Counted from the first letter of the stretch, positions 28,872 through 37,743 are shown. The stretch is DNA of 40,426 bases from Pseudonocardia sp. (GCA_035695525.1 DASRSC010000048.1:1-40426); one strand, 5' to 3'. The notes: generated by a model from the letters alone, not told the origin. A program made the numbers and translations.

Positions 28872-29632
28872 GGTCCGGTCGCGTGGGCCGGCGCGGGGTC
28901 GAGGATGCGACCGTCGCGCATCCGCACGATCCGCTGCGCCCCAGCCGCGACGTCGTCGCTGTGGGTGACCATGAGGATCGTCTGCCCGGCCAGGTGCAGC
29001 CGGCGGAACAGGTCGAGCACCTCGGCCGCGCCGTCGGAGTCCAGCGCCCCGGTCGGCTCGTCGGCCAGCAGCAGGGTCGGCCGGTTGGCCAGTGCCCGGG
29101 CGATCGCCACCCGCTGGCGCTGCCCACCGGACAACGCCGCGGGTACCTCGCCGGACTTGTCCAGCAGGCCCAGGGTGTCGAGCAGGTCGCGGGCCCCCGC
29201 GGTCGCCTCCGCGGGTCGGGCGCCGGCCACCAGCGCGGCCAAAGCGACGTTCTCCAGCGCGGACATGTGCTCGATCAGGTGGAAGAACTGGAAGACCAGG
29301 CCGACGTGCCGGCGGCGCAACCGGGCGAGCTTCTCCTCGCTGAGCTCCTCGGTCCGGATACCGGCGAGCGAGATGGTGCCCTCGTCGGGTCGGTCGAGCC
29401 CGGCCAGCAGGTGCAGCAGCGTCGACTTGCCGCAGCCCGACGGTCCCATCAGCCCGACGAACTCGCCCGGGTGCACGGTGAGGTCGACGCCGCGCAGCGC
29501 CCGCACCGGTGCCGTTTCGGCCTCGTAGGTCTTGCGCAGGCCGCGGACGACGAGATCCGGGGCGTCCGGACGGCTGTCCGGCACCGTCCCACCCGCCGGT
29601 GCCGTTGTCGCTTTCCCGATCACCACCGGCAC
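28868..29632 (-). CDS. ABC transporter ATP-binding protein (LolD/MacB-like)
   Basis: GPSGCGKST, LSGGQRQR, LLADEPTGALD, MVTH. Confidence 0.95.
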   Translation of the reverse strand: MPVVIGKATTAPAGGTVPDSRPDAPDLVVRGLRKTYEAETAPVRALRGVDLTVHPGEFVGLMGPSGCGKSTLLHLLAGLDRPDEGTISLAGIRTEELSEEKLARLRRRHVGLVFQFFHLIEHMSALENVALAALVAGARPAEATAGARDLLDTLGLLDKSGEVPAALSGGQRQRVAIARALANRPTLLLADEPTGALDSDGAAEVLDLFRRLHLAGQTILMVTHSDDVAAGAQRIVRMRDGRILDPAPAHATGP

Positions 29633-29700
29633 ACCCTAGGAGGACGCTGACCTGCGCGGGAGAGCCGCCGACGAAACCGCAAGCTGTTACGACCGCCGGA

Positions 29701-29716
29701 GTGGTGCTAGCACCAC
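29701..29716. promoter_or_regulatory. Perfect 16-bp palindrome GTGGTGCTAGCACCAC, probable response-regulator operator
   Basis: Exactly self-complementary; intergenic, about 70 bp upstream of the ABC-kinase operon; related copies at 23343, 24257 and 30390. Confidence 0.7.
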
Positions 29717-29725
29717 CGACGGTGG

Positions 29726-30234
29726 TCAGGCCAACGGCCCGGCGACCAGGAACGCCTCCGACTCCACTTTGTGCATCCGTTCGTCGTGGCCGATCTGGCA
29801 TAGTAGGTCGGCCGGTAATAGCCGGCCGCGAGCATTCTCGGCAGGAAGCCGAACCGGAACTGCGACAGCCTCCGGCCCTGCGCGGCCACCAGCTCGCCGA
29901 CGATCAGCAGATGCCACTGCTCGTTGTCCTGCTGCTCGCGCGTCTCGACGATCCGCCGGTGGATGCGGTGTGCCAAGCCGGTGTCGGCAGCGGCCCGGTG
30001 CCGGCGGGTGAGCGTGCGGTAAGCCGCGTTCTCCCAGATCTGGTACGGGATCCGGGCGACGATCTCGAGCACCCGGAACTTCTCCAGCGTGTGCGCGCGC
30101 CCATAGAGCAGGTCCATCGTGACGAACAGCAGGCGTGCGAACAGGCTGTAGCGCCGGTGCGGGGCCTCCAGGGTCGCCAGCTGCTCGCGCCGCAGCGCGC
30201 GGCGGCCCAGCTTCGGGGTACGCGCCGCCGTCAG
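29726..30234 (-). pseudogene. Alternative oxidase/PTOX-like di-iron protein, internally deleted and frameshifted
   Basis: One frame has FRVLEIVARIPY and EQQDNEQWHL; after GYY at about 29814 another frame gives ADLLCQIGHDERMHK-stop 29726. The helix with the third Glu ligand is missing; no clear ATG/GTG start. Confidence 0.75.
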
Positions 30235-30389
30235 TCGGTGCGGCGGGCCAGGTGCGGGCCCGGGAACGACGATCCGCCGGGCCGGGGCCCGTGCCGCTGG
30301 CGCGGTAGAGCGGCCATCGGGGCGCCGGCTGACGCGGTGACGACGGTGCTGCCCGGCCGACCCCGGGTGCGCTTCCCTGGGCACTCCGG

Positions 30390-30406
30390 GTGGTGCCAGC
30401 AACCAC
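30390..30406. promoter_or_regulatory. Copy of the GTGGTGCTAGCACCAC palindrome with a 1-nt insertion
   Basis: GGGTGGTGCCAGCAACCACCC (30388-30408) upstream of the AOX-like gene. Confidence 0.55.
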
Positions 30407-30557
30407 CCGGGGTTGGGTCATCTGCGCCATCTGGATCGTCCCGGCCGCGCCCGGTTCCAGGTCGTCCCGCCCGGCTGAGGGTTGGGCGCAACGACCGCGC
30501 GGTCGACCGCGGGGCCGGAGCAGGCGCACGGCCGCTCCACGGGCCTACTCTGGTCGC

Positions 30558-31130
30558 GTGAGTAAGCACCACCCCACTCCCGGCCGCCCCGATCCCTCCA
30601 GCCCGTGGGTCTTCATCACCCGCGAGCTCGGCAGGCGCCCGGGGAACATGCGCACCTACACACGCACCATTCCGGCCCCCGCCGAGCCGGCGCTCGGCCT
30701 GGAGACGATCGCCGTGCCCGCGGGTGAGCCCGTGGAGCTCGACGTCCGGCTGGAGTCGGTCACCGAGGGCGTCTACGTCTCGGGCAGCGTGCACGCGTCT
30801 CTCGCGGGGGAGTGCGCCCGCTGCCTCGACGCGGTTACCGACGCGGTCGACGTCGAGGTGTCGGAGCTGTTCGCCTACCCCGACAGCGTCACCGAGGAGA
30901 CCACCGACGAGGACGAGGTGCCGAGGGTCGTCGACGAGATGGTCGACGTCGAGCAGACCGTGCGCGACGCCGTCGTCCTGGCCCTTCCGCTGGCCCCGCT
31001 GTGCCGGCCCGACTGCCCCGGCCTCTGTCCGGAGTGTGGGGAGAAGTGGGCCGACCTCGCGCCCGACCACGGGCATGAGACACTGGATCCTCGATGGGCC
31101 GCTCTGCGTGAGCGCCTATCTGCTGACTGA
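30558..31130 (+). CDS. yceD: YceD/DUF177 family protein
   Basis: GECARCL and [18 protein letters not shown] motifs, DPRWAAL end; upstream of rpmF; TACTCT 6 nt before GTG 30558. Confidence 0.93.
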   Translation: MSKHHPTPGRPDPSSPWVFITRELGRRPGNMRTYTRTIPAPAEPALGLETIAVPAGEPVELDVRLESVTEGVYVSGSVHASLAGECARCLDAVTDAVDVEVSELFAYPDSVTEETTDEDEVPRVVDEMVDVEQTVRDAVVLALPLAPLCRPDCPGLCPECGEKWADLAPDHGHETLDPRWAALRERLSAD

Positions 31131-31159
31131 CACCCTCGAGTACTGCTAGGAGATCTACC

Positions 31160-31342
31160 GTGGCTGTTCCGAAGCGCCGGATGTCGCGGTCGAACACGCG
31201 CTCGCGCCGGTCGCAGTGGAAGGCCACTGCACCCACGCTCGTCGCCTGCTCGAACCGCGCCTGCCGGGCCACCAAGCCTCCGCACGTGGCCTGCCCCACC
31301 TGCGGCACCTACAACGGCCGCCAGGTCGTCAGCCCGGCCTGA
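31160..31342 (+). CDS. rpmF: 50S ribosomal protein L32
   Basis: [22 protein letters not shown]...[16 protein letters not shown]; AGGAG RBS. Confidence 0.97.
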   Translation: MAVPKRRMSRSNTRSRRSQWKATAPTLVACSNRACRATKPPHVACPTCGTYNGRQVVSPA

Positions 31343-31373
31343 TCGCCGGGAGCACGGGAACGGCGACGACGTA

Positions 31374-32129
31374 GTGGTGGAGCGCGGCCCGCGGGGGCCC
31401 GCGGGTGACCGCGGGCCCCTTCTCGCATCCCTCGGTGTGGAGATGGCCCACGACCTGCTCACCCTCGCGCTCACCCACCGGTCCTACGCGTACGAGAACG
31501 GCGGCCTGCCCACCAACGAGCGGCTGGAGTTCCTCGGCGACTCGGTGCTGAGCATCGTGGTCACGGAGCGCCTCTACCGCGATCACCCGGACCTGCCCGA
31601 GGGGCAGCTGGCCAAGCTGCGCGCGAGCGTCGTGAACATGCACGCCCTCGCCGGCGTGGCCGCCACCCTCGGCGACGGCGGGCTCGGGACGCACCTCTAC
31701 CTGGGCCGCGGTGAGGAGCTGACGGGTGGCAGGACGAAGGCGAGCATCCTGGCCGACGCCACCGAGGCGCTGATCGGCGCGGTGTACCTGGAGCACGGGC
31801 TGGAGACGGCTCGTGGGCTGGTCCACCGCCTCTTCGACGGGCTGCTGCGCGGTGCCCCGCTGCTCGGTGCCGGGCTGGACTGGAAGACGAGCCTGCAGGA
31901 GCTCACGGCCGCGGCCGACCTCGGCGTTCCCGAGTACAGGATCACCGAGGACGGGCCGGACCACCTCAAGATCTTCACCGCCACCGCTGTCGTGGCGGGC
32001 CGGGAGCTCGGCTCGGGTGAGGGGCGCACGAAGAAGGAGGCCGAGCAGAAGTCGGCCGAGCTCGCATGGCGCACGCTGACGGCCGAGGCCGGTGCCGGCA
32101 GCCAGCCTGCTCCGTCCGGCCCCGCCTGA
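31374..32129 (+). CDS. rnc: Ribonuclease III
   Basis: [29 protein letters not shown]; C-terminal dsRBD (DWKTSLQE...GPDH...KKEAEQ). Confidence 0.97.
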   Translation: MVERGPRGPAGDRGPLLASLGVEMAHDLLTLALTHRSYAYENGGLPTNERLEFLGDSVLSIVVTERLYRDHPDLPEGQLAKLRASVVNMHALAGVAATLGDGGLGTHLYLGRGEELTGGRTKASILADATEALIGAVYLEHGLETARGLVHRLFDGLLRGAPLLGAGLDWKTSLQELTAAADLGVPEYRITEDGPDHLKIFTATAVVAGRELGSGEGRTKKEAEQKSAELAWRTLTAEAGAGSQPAPSGPA

Positions 32130-32138
32130 GCGTCCACG

Positions 32139-33119
32139 GTGCCTGAGCTCCCGGAGGTCGAGGTCGTCCGCCGCGGCCTCGCCGAGCACGTCCTCGAGCG
32201 GAAGATCGCCGCGGTGACGGTCGCCCACCCCCGAGCGGTGCGCCGGCACGAAGCGGGCGGTGACGACTTCGCCGCGCGTCTGACCGGCCGCACGATCACC
32301 GGCGCCCGCAGGCGCGGGAAGTACCTGTGGCTCGACCTGGACGGCGGGGCAGCTGGCAGCGCAGATGCGGGCTCCGCATGCGCTCCTCCCGGTGCAGATG
32401 CGGGCTCCGCATGCGCTCCGCCCGGTGCAGATGCGGGCTCCGCATGGGCTCCGCCCGGTGATGCCGTGCTCGCCCACCTCGGCATGAGCGGCCAGATGCT
32501 CGTCGCCGATGCCGAGCGGCCCGACGAGAAGCACCTGCGGATCCGGTTCCGCTTCGTCGACGGCGGCTCGGAGCTGCGGTTCGTCGACCAGCGGACGTTC
32601 GGCGGCCTGTCGGTGCACCCGCTGGTGCCGGCGGCGGAGGGCGGTCTGCTGCCCCAACCCGTCGCACACATCGCGCGCGACCCGATGGACCCCGCATTCG
32701 ACCTCGACGCCGCCGTCGCCGCGATCCGGCGCCGGCGCACCGGTCTCAAGCGCGCGCTGCTGGACCAGACGGTCGTGTCGGGTATCGGCAACATCTACGC
32801 CGACGAGGCGCTCTGGCGGGCGCGGCTGCACTGGGCCCGCCCCACCGAGACGCTCACCCGCAAGCAGGGGCGCGAGGTGCTGGCCGCGGCCAGCGAGGTG
32901 ATGGCGGAGGCGCTGGCGGCCGGTGGCACGTCGTTCGACGCGCTGTACGTGAACGTCAACGGAGCGTCGGGCTACTTCGACCGCTCGCTCGACGTGTACG
33001 GCCAGGCCGACCGGGGGTGCCGCCGCTGCGGCACGCCCGTCCGGCGCGACCCGTTCATGAACCGCAGCTCGTTCAGCTGCCCGCGCTGCCAGCCCCGACC
33101 GCGTCGCGCACATCCCTGA
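32139..33119 (+). CDS. mutM: Formamidopyrimidine-DNA glycosylase Fpg/MutM with in-frame repeat insertion
   Basis: [32 protein letters not shown]...CPRC zinc finger. Confidence 0.96.
   Translation: MPELPEVEVVRRGLAEHVLERKIAAVTVAHPRAVRRHEAGGDDFAARLTGRTITGARRRGKYLWLDLDGGAAGSADAGSACAPPGADAGSACAPPGADAGSAWAPPGDAVLAHLGMSGQMLVADAERPDEKHLRIRFRFVDGGSELRFVDQRTFGGLSVHPLVPAAEGGLLPQPVAHIARDPMDPAFDLDAAVAAIRRRRTGLKRALLDQTVVSGIGNIYADEALWRARLHWARPTETLTRKQGREVLAAASEVMAEALAAGGTSFDALYVNVNGASGYFDRSLDVYGQADRGCRRCGTPVRRDPFMNRSSFSCPRCQPRPRRAHP
32361..32459. repeat. 3 x 33-bp tandem repeat with internal hairpin, in frame in mutM
   Basis: GCAGATGCGGGCTCCGCATGCGCTCC(T/G)CCCGGT units at 32361, 32394, 32427; each has ATGCGG-GCT-CCGCAT; encodes ADAGSA(C/W)APPG. 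Confidence 0.95.
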
Positions 33120-33135
33120 TCCGTCGCACCGCCAG

Positions 33136-34473
33136 TCAACCCGCGTCGCGGCGCAACAGGTCCTCGATCGTCTCCCTGCGCAGCATCGGCACGGCTGCGC
33201 CGCTCGCCACCGCGACGACGGGCGGCCGTCCGACCTGGTTGTAGGTCGAGGAGAGGGAGACGTGGTAGGCGCCGCTACATGGCACCGCGAGCAGGTCACC
33301 CGCGGCGACGTCGGCGGGGAGCAGTACGTCCTCGGCCAGCACGTCCGACGACTCACAGTGCCGCCCGACGATCGTCACCGGCGCGGACGGGACGCTTACC
33401 GGCCTGCCGAAGCGCCGCACCGGGTAGCGGGCGCCGTAGAGCGCGGGGCGCGGGTTGTCACTCATCCCTCCGTCGACGGCGACGAATGTGCGTCGCACAC
33501 CGTGCTTGATGGCGGCGACCCGGTACACGGTGACACCGGCGCGGGCGACGAGGGCCCGGCCCGGCTCCACGGTCAGCCGGGGCACCGCGATGCCGAACCG
33601 GTGACACGCGGCGGCAACGACGGCCGGCACGGTGCGCGCGAACGCGGCGAGGTCGACGGACTGCTCACCCGGCGCGTACGCCACGGCGTGGCCGCCGCCC
33701 AGGTCGAGCTGGGGCAGCTCGATGCTGTGCTCGCGGGAGATCTCGGCGAGGAACGCGACCATCCGTTCCGCGGCCTCGACGTACCGCGTGACCGACCGCA
33801 CCTGGGAGCCGATGTGGCAGTGCAACCCGACCAGCTCCAGCTCGGGATGGGCGAGCACGCGGCGCACGGCCTCCGCTGCGGCTCCCGTCGCGATCGACAG
33901 CCCGAACTTCTGGTCCTCCGTGCCGGTCGTGAGCCCGGCGTGCGTTCCGGCGTCGACCCCGGGGACGACCCGCAGGAGCACCTGCTGCCGAGCCGGGACG
34001 AGGGCCGCGAGGGTCGGGATCTCCTCGATGGAGTCGATCACAATACGGCCGACCCCCACGCCCAGCGCGGTCTTCAGGTCCTCGTCGGACTTCACGTTGC
34101 CGTGCAGCACCATCCGATGTCCCGGAAAGCCTCCGGCCGCGGCCACGGCGACCTCGCCGCCGGAGCAGACGTCGAGGGCGAGTCCCTCCTGGTCGGCCAG
34201 CCGGGCCATGGCACGGCAGAGGAACGCCTTGGCCGCGTACGCGATCTCCACTCCGGGGAGCGCCTCCCGGTAGGCCCGGCAGCGTGAGCGAACGTCCGTG
34301 GCGTCGATGGCGAGCACCGGGGTACCGAACCGCGCGGCCAGGTGGGCCAGGTCGACTCCACCCACGACCAGTTGCCCGTCACAGGTGGCCCGAGTGGTCT
34401 CCGGCCAGAGGCCGGGTTCCAGGCGGCACGACAGCGACGTGCGCAACGTAGGGATGAGATCGGCGAGAGTCAC
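33136..34473 (-). CDS. lysA: Diaminopimelate decarboxylase (LysA paralog outside the argS-lysA operon)
   Basis: PLP lysine YAAKAF, HGNVK, KFG, HCHIGSQ, EPGR, HCES, GAY; GGAGG RBS. Confidence 0.88.
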   Translation of the reverse strand: MTLADLIPTLRTSLSCRLEPGLWPETTRATCDGQLVVGGVDLAHLAARFGTPVLAIDATDVRSRCRAYREALPGVEIAYAAKAFLCRAMARLADQEGLALDVCSGGEVAVAAAGGFPGHRMVLHGNVKSDEDLKTALGVGVGRIVIDSIEEIPTLAALVPARQQVLLRVVPGVDAGTHAGLTTGTEDQKFGLSIATGAAAEAVRRVLAHPELELVGLHCHIGSQVRSVTRYVEAAERMVAFLAEISREHSIELPQLDLGGGHAVAYAPGEQSVDLAAFARTVPAVVAAACHRFGIAVPRLTVEPGRALVARAGVTVYRVAAIKHGVRRTFVAVDGGMSDNPRPALYGARYPVRRFGRPVSVPSAPVTIVGRHCESSDVLAEDVLLPADVAAGDLLAVPCSGAYHVSLSSTYNQVGRPPVVAVASGAAVPMLRRETIEDLLRRDAG

Positions 34474-34567
34474 CGTGTCCTCCGGAATCGATAGGCGGCC
34501 GACGGGCCACCGAGAGTTCCGTTCTCCCGCTCATAGCCCCACCACGCACTGCTGCTCATCGCTCCGT

Positions 34568-34672
34568 TGACGGCAGGGGGCCACGTCCTGACGCCGTGGT
34601 GACGTCAGGCGTGGTGCTGGTCACAGAGCCTCTCGCCGCGCGACTACGACCTGACGTCAAGAACGCGTGAGG
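34568..34672. promoter_or_regulatory. TGACG/CGTCA direct repeats in the lysA / K+ transporter divergent promoter
   Basis: TGACG at 34568, 34589, 34600 (21 and 11 bp apart); CGTCAAG 34655 and CGTGAGG 34666 (11 bp); TGACGTCA palindromes at 34600 and 34652. Confidence 0.6.
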
Positions 34673-34779
34673 ATGCTGGCGGAAGATCACGTGCCGTCGG
34701 ATGATTCGCGGCGCGCGCGGCGCGGTTGCGCTGTGCTGGGGCGAGGCGCGGCGACGGCCGGGGGAGGAACAGGATTCCG

Positions 34780-36687
34780 ATGACAGACGTCGTCAGCCGG
34801 CTGAGGCGCGCTCCGCTGGCGCAGGGCGCGGCCGAGGAGCGACACCGGCTCACCGCCTCCACCGGCCTTGTGGCACTCGGTCTGGACGCCCTGGCACGGT
34901 GCGCCTACGGCCCGGAATCGATCGTGCTGGCGCTCGCCGTCGCGGGCTCCGCGGGTATCGGCTTCACCGTGCCGGTCACGCTGGTGATCGTCGGGCTGCT
35001 CGCGGTGCTCGTGGTCTGCTACCGCCAGGTGATCAACCTCTACCCGGACGGCGGCGGCACGTACACCGTCGCTCGCGACAACCTCGGGCGCCGGGCCGGA
35101 CTCGTCGCCGCGGCGTCGCTGGTGGTCGACTACGTGCTGAACGTTGCCGTCTCCGTCGCCGCCGGCGTCGCGGCGCTCACGTCCGCGTTTCCCACGCTGC
35201 TGCCGTACACCGTCGAGCTCTGCCTCGCGGTGATGCTGCTCGTGGCTGCGGTGAACATGCGGGGCGTCGTGGCGGGCGGCAGGCTGTTCGCGCTCCCGGC
35301 GCTGGTGTTCGTCGGTTCGATGGCGGTGCTGATCGTCGTCGGGCTGGTCCGCGGCGGGCCGCTGGCGCCCCTGCCGGCCTCGGACGTGGTCGTCACCCCG
35401 CAGACGGTCGGGGTGCTGCTGATCCTCGCCGCGTTCGCCAACGGCTGTGCCGCACTGACCGGCGTGGAGGCGATCGCCAACGCCACGCCGTCGTTCCGCG
35501 CTCCGCGCCGGGTGCGGGCCCGCCGCGCCGAGGCCGGGCTCGGCCTCGTGCTGGGCACGCTCCTGATCGGGCTCGGAGTGCTCGTCCAGCTGTTCGACGC
35601 AGGCCCCGTCGAGGGTCGCAGCCTGCTCTCGCTGCTGGCCGAGGGCTCGGTCGGCACCGGGGTGTTCTACGTGGTCGTGCAGCTGTCCACCGTCGTGCTG
35701 CTCGGGCTGGCCGCGAACACCTCCTACGGCGGGCTCCCGGTGCTGGCCGCGCGGCTGGCCGCGGACGGTGCGCTACCGCACGTGTTCGGCCTGCGCGGGG
35801 ACCGACAGGTGTACCGGGCCTCGATCGTGGTGCTGTCGGTGCTCGCGGGTGCCCTGCTGCTGGTCTCCGGCGGGCAGGTGGCCGTGCTCGTGCCGCTGTT
35901 CGCGATCGGTGTGTTCGTCGGGTTCGCGCTCTGCCAGGCCGGGATGCTGCGGCACTGGTGGGTGCTCCGCGGCCCACGGTGGCAGTCGCGCGCCGCGCTC
36001 AACGTCCTGGGTGCGGTACTCACCGGGGCGGCCGCGCTCCTGCTGGCCGTGGAGAAGTTCTCAGCGGGTGCGTGGCTGATCGTGGTGGTGATCCCGGTGC
36101 TGGTGCTGGTGTTCAGCGGTGTCCGGACCGCGTACACCCGGATCGGGGAGGTGCTCGAGGTCGACGAGCGCCCACAGCGGCCGCGGCCCGTGGCGTCGGT
36201 GGTCGTCGTCCCGGTGGTCGGCATCAGCAGGCTTGCGGAGGAGAGCCTGTCCGCAGCGCTGTCGATGGGCGACCGCGTGGTGGCCGTGCACGTCGTGCTC
36301 AGTGGCGAGAACGACGACCGCGCCGCTGCCGACCTCCTGCAGCAGCGCTGGGCGGAGTGGCGCCCGGACGTCACGCTCGTTCTGCTCGAGGCCGTCGACG
36401 AGCAGGGCAGGCCGAGTCGCGTACTCGGCCCCGCGATCGTTTCGTACCTGCGCACCCTCGCCGAGCCGGGTACCGAGAGGGTGCTGCTGCTGATCGGCGA
36501 GGTCCAGCCCGACCACTGGTGGCAGCGCGTGCTGTTCAACCGGCGAGGTGCCGTGGTGGGTCGCTACGCCGAGCGGCACAGCCAGGCGGTGGTGTGCCGG
36601 CTGCGGTTCCGGCTGCTGCCGCGGCCGAAGACGTCTCCGGTGCCGCAGACCCGCGGCGAGCGTGGGCTGGTGCTGCCGCGGTCCTGA
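34780..36687 (+). CDS. APC-fold permease, KimA/YdaO-like (probable K+ importer)
   Basis: LDALxxxAYGPE, YPDGGGTY, DYVLNVAVS, TGVEAIAN, ANTSY, PLFAIGVF; about 12 TMs plus C-terminal cytoplasmic domain; start moved to ATG 34780. Confidence 0.88.
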   Translation: MTDVVSRLRRAPLAQGAAEERHRLTASTGLVALGLDALARCAYGPESIVLALAVAGSAGIGFTVPVTLVIVGLLAVLVVCYRQVINLYPDGGGTYTVARDNLGRRAGLVAAASLVVDYVLNVAVSVAAGVAALTSAFPTLLPYTVELCLAVMLLVAAVNMRGVVAGGRLFALPALVFVGSMAVLIVVGLVRGGPLAPLPASDVVVTPQTVGVLLILAAFANGCAALTGVEAIANATPSFRAPRRVRARRAEAGLGLVLGTLLIGLGVLVQLFDAGPVEGRSLLSLLAEGSVGTGVFYVVVQLSTVVLLGLAANTSYGGLPVLAARLAADGALPHVFGLRGDRQVYRASIVVLSVLAGALLLVSGGQVAVLVPLFAIGVFVGFALCQAGMLRHWWVLRGPRWQSRAALNVLGAVLTGAAALLLAVEKFSAGAWLIVVVIPVLVLVFSGVRTAYTRIGEVLEVDERPQRPRPVASVVVVPVVGISRLAEESLSAALSMGDRVVAVHVVLSGENDDRAAADLLQQRWAEWRPDVTLVLLEAVDEQGRPSRVLGPAIVSYLRTLAEPGTERVLLLIGEVQPDHWWQRVLFNRRGAVVGRYAERHSQAVVCRLRFRLLPRPKTSPVPQTRGERGLVLPRS

Positions 36688-36708
36688 GGGGGCCGGCCCT
36701 CGTACGGT

Positions 36709-37743
36709 CTAGAGCCAGCCGCGTCGCTTGAAGATCGCGTACAGGCCCAGGCCGAGCAGCAGCATCAGCAGCACCGCGAACGGGTAGCCGAGAGGCCAGG
36801 TCAGCTCGGGCATGTGCGTGAAGTTCATCCCGTAGATCGAGGCGACCAGCGTGGGAGCGAACAGGATCGCCGCCCACGAGGAGATGCGCTTGACCTGCTC
36901 GTTCTGGAGGTAGCCCGCCTCGGTCATCCGGGCCATCTCCTCATTCTGGCGCTGCGCGACGAGCGCGGCGTTGACCTGGAGGATGCTGCTGAGCAGCTGC
37001 CGGAAGGCCTCGATCCGCTCCATCACCCGAGTGGCGTGGTCGGCCACGTCGCGTAGGGCCCTGCGCAGCTCGAGGTCGGACTCGCTCGCGTGCTCCTTCA
37101 GCCGCTCCCGCAGCTCGACGAAGATGTCGCGCAGCGGCTCGACCGCGCGCTGGAACTCGATCACCTCGCGGCTGAGCTGGTAGATCCGCTTCGAGACCCC
37201 GGGGTCGCCGCCGAAGACCTGCACCTCGATCTCGTCGATGTCGACCTGCAGGCCGTCGAGCACCGGGCTGTAGTCGTCGACGATCTTGTCCAGCACTGCG
37301 TAGAGCACGGAGTACGGGCCGTTGTCGAGAAGCCCCGGATCGCTCTCCAGACGCTTGCGGACCTCGGCCAGGTCCGGTTCCTCCGCGTGCCGGACGGTGA
37401 TCACGAAGTCGGGACCGAGGAACAGGTGCACCTCGCCGATCTCGACGACCTCGACCGGGTCGACGTAGCGGGCCGGGCGCAGCACCACGAACAGGACGTC
37501 GCCGTAGCGCTCCAGCTTCGGTCGCTGGTGCGCGTTGATGGTGTCCTCGACGGCGAGGCTGTGCAGGCCGAACTCCTCGGCGACGGCCTTGATCTCCTGC
37601 TGGCTGGGACGCAGCAGGCCGATCCAGCAGAAGCTGCGGCCATGGTCGGGGCACTGGCGGAGCTCCTCGAAGGTGTGGTCGAGCGACGTGGGGACGGCGG
37701 CACGCTTGCCGTCGATGTAGATCGCATTGTCGATCACGGACAT
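36709..37743 (-). CDS. corA: CorA-family Mg2+/Co2+ transporter
   Basis: HQRPKLERY, two C-terminal TMs with YGMNF and MPEL; AGGAG RBS. Confidence 0.95.
   Translation of the reverse strand: MSVIDNAIYIDGKRAAVPTSLDHTFEELRQCPDHGRSFCWIGLLRPSQQEIKAVAEEFGLHSLAVEDTINAHQRPKLERYGDVLFVVLRPARYVDPVEVVEIGEVHLFLGPDFVITVRHAEEPDLAEVRKRLESDPGLLDNGPYSVLYAVLDKIVDDYSPVLDGLQVDIDEIEVQVFGGDPGVSKRIYQLSREVIEFQRAVEPLRDIFVELRERLKEHASESDLELRRALRDVADHATRVMERIEAFRQLLSSILQVNAALVAQRQNEEMARMTEAGYLQNEQVKRISSWAAILFAPTLVASIYGMNFTHMPELTWPLGYPFAVLLMLLLGLGLYAIFKRRGWL

Larger units (their letters stand above)
12388..30545. other. Accessory region between sepIVA and yceD, without mobility genes
   Basis: sepIVA-yceD-(rpmF)-rnc-mutM are adjacent in mycobacteria and relatives; here about 18 kb of regulators, paralogous ATPases, transport genes and a pseudogene separate them. 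No integrase, transposase or att repeat seen. Confidence 0.65.

Noticed and set aside
27132-29801. 889-aa version of the histidine kinase
   Set aside because: The first 310 codons overlap the ABC ATPase in another frame and are not protein-like; GTG 28871 is the coupled start.
12388-30545. Prophage, ICE or plasmid partition locus suggested by ParA-like genes
   Set aside because: No integrase, parB, rep, conjugation or phage genes and no att repeats seen.
32361-32459. Palindromic 33-bp repeats as a mini CRISPR array
   Set aside because: Units are contiguous without spacers, lie in frame in mutM, and no cas genes are present.
34474-34779. c-di-AMP (ydaO) or lysine riboswitch
   Set aside because: I could not find the conserved elements of either; the space is short and occupied by direct repeats. 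An Infernal/Rfam scan would settle it.
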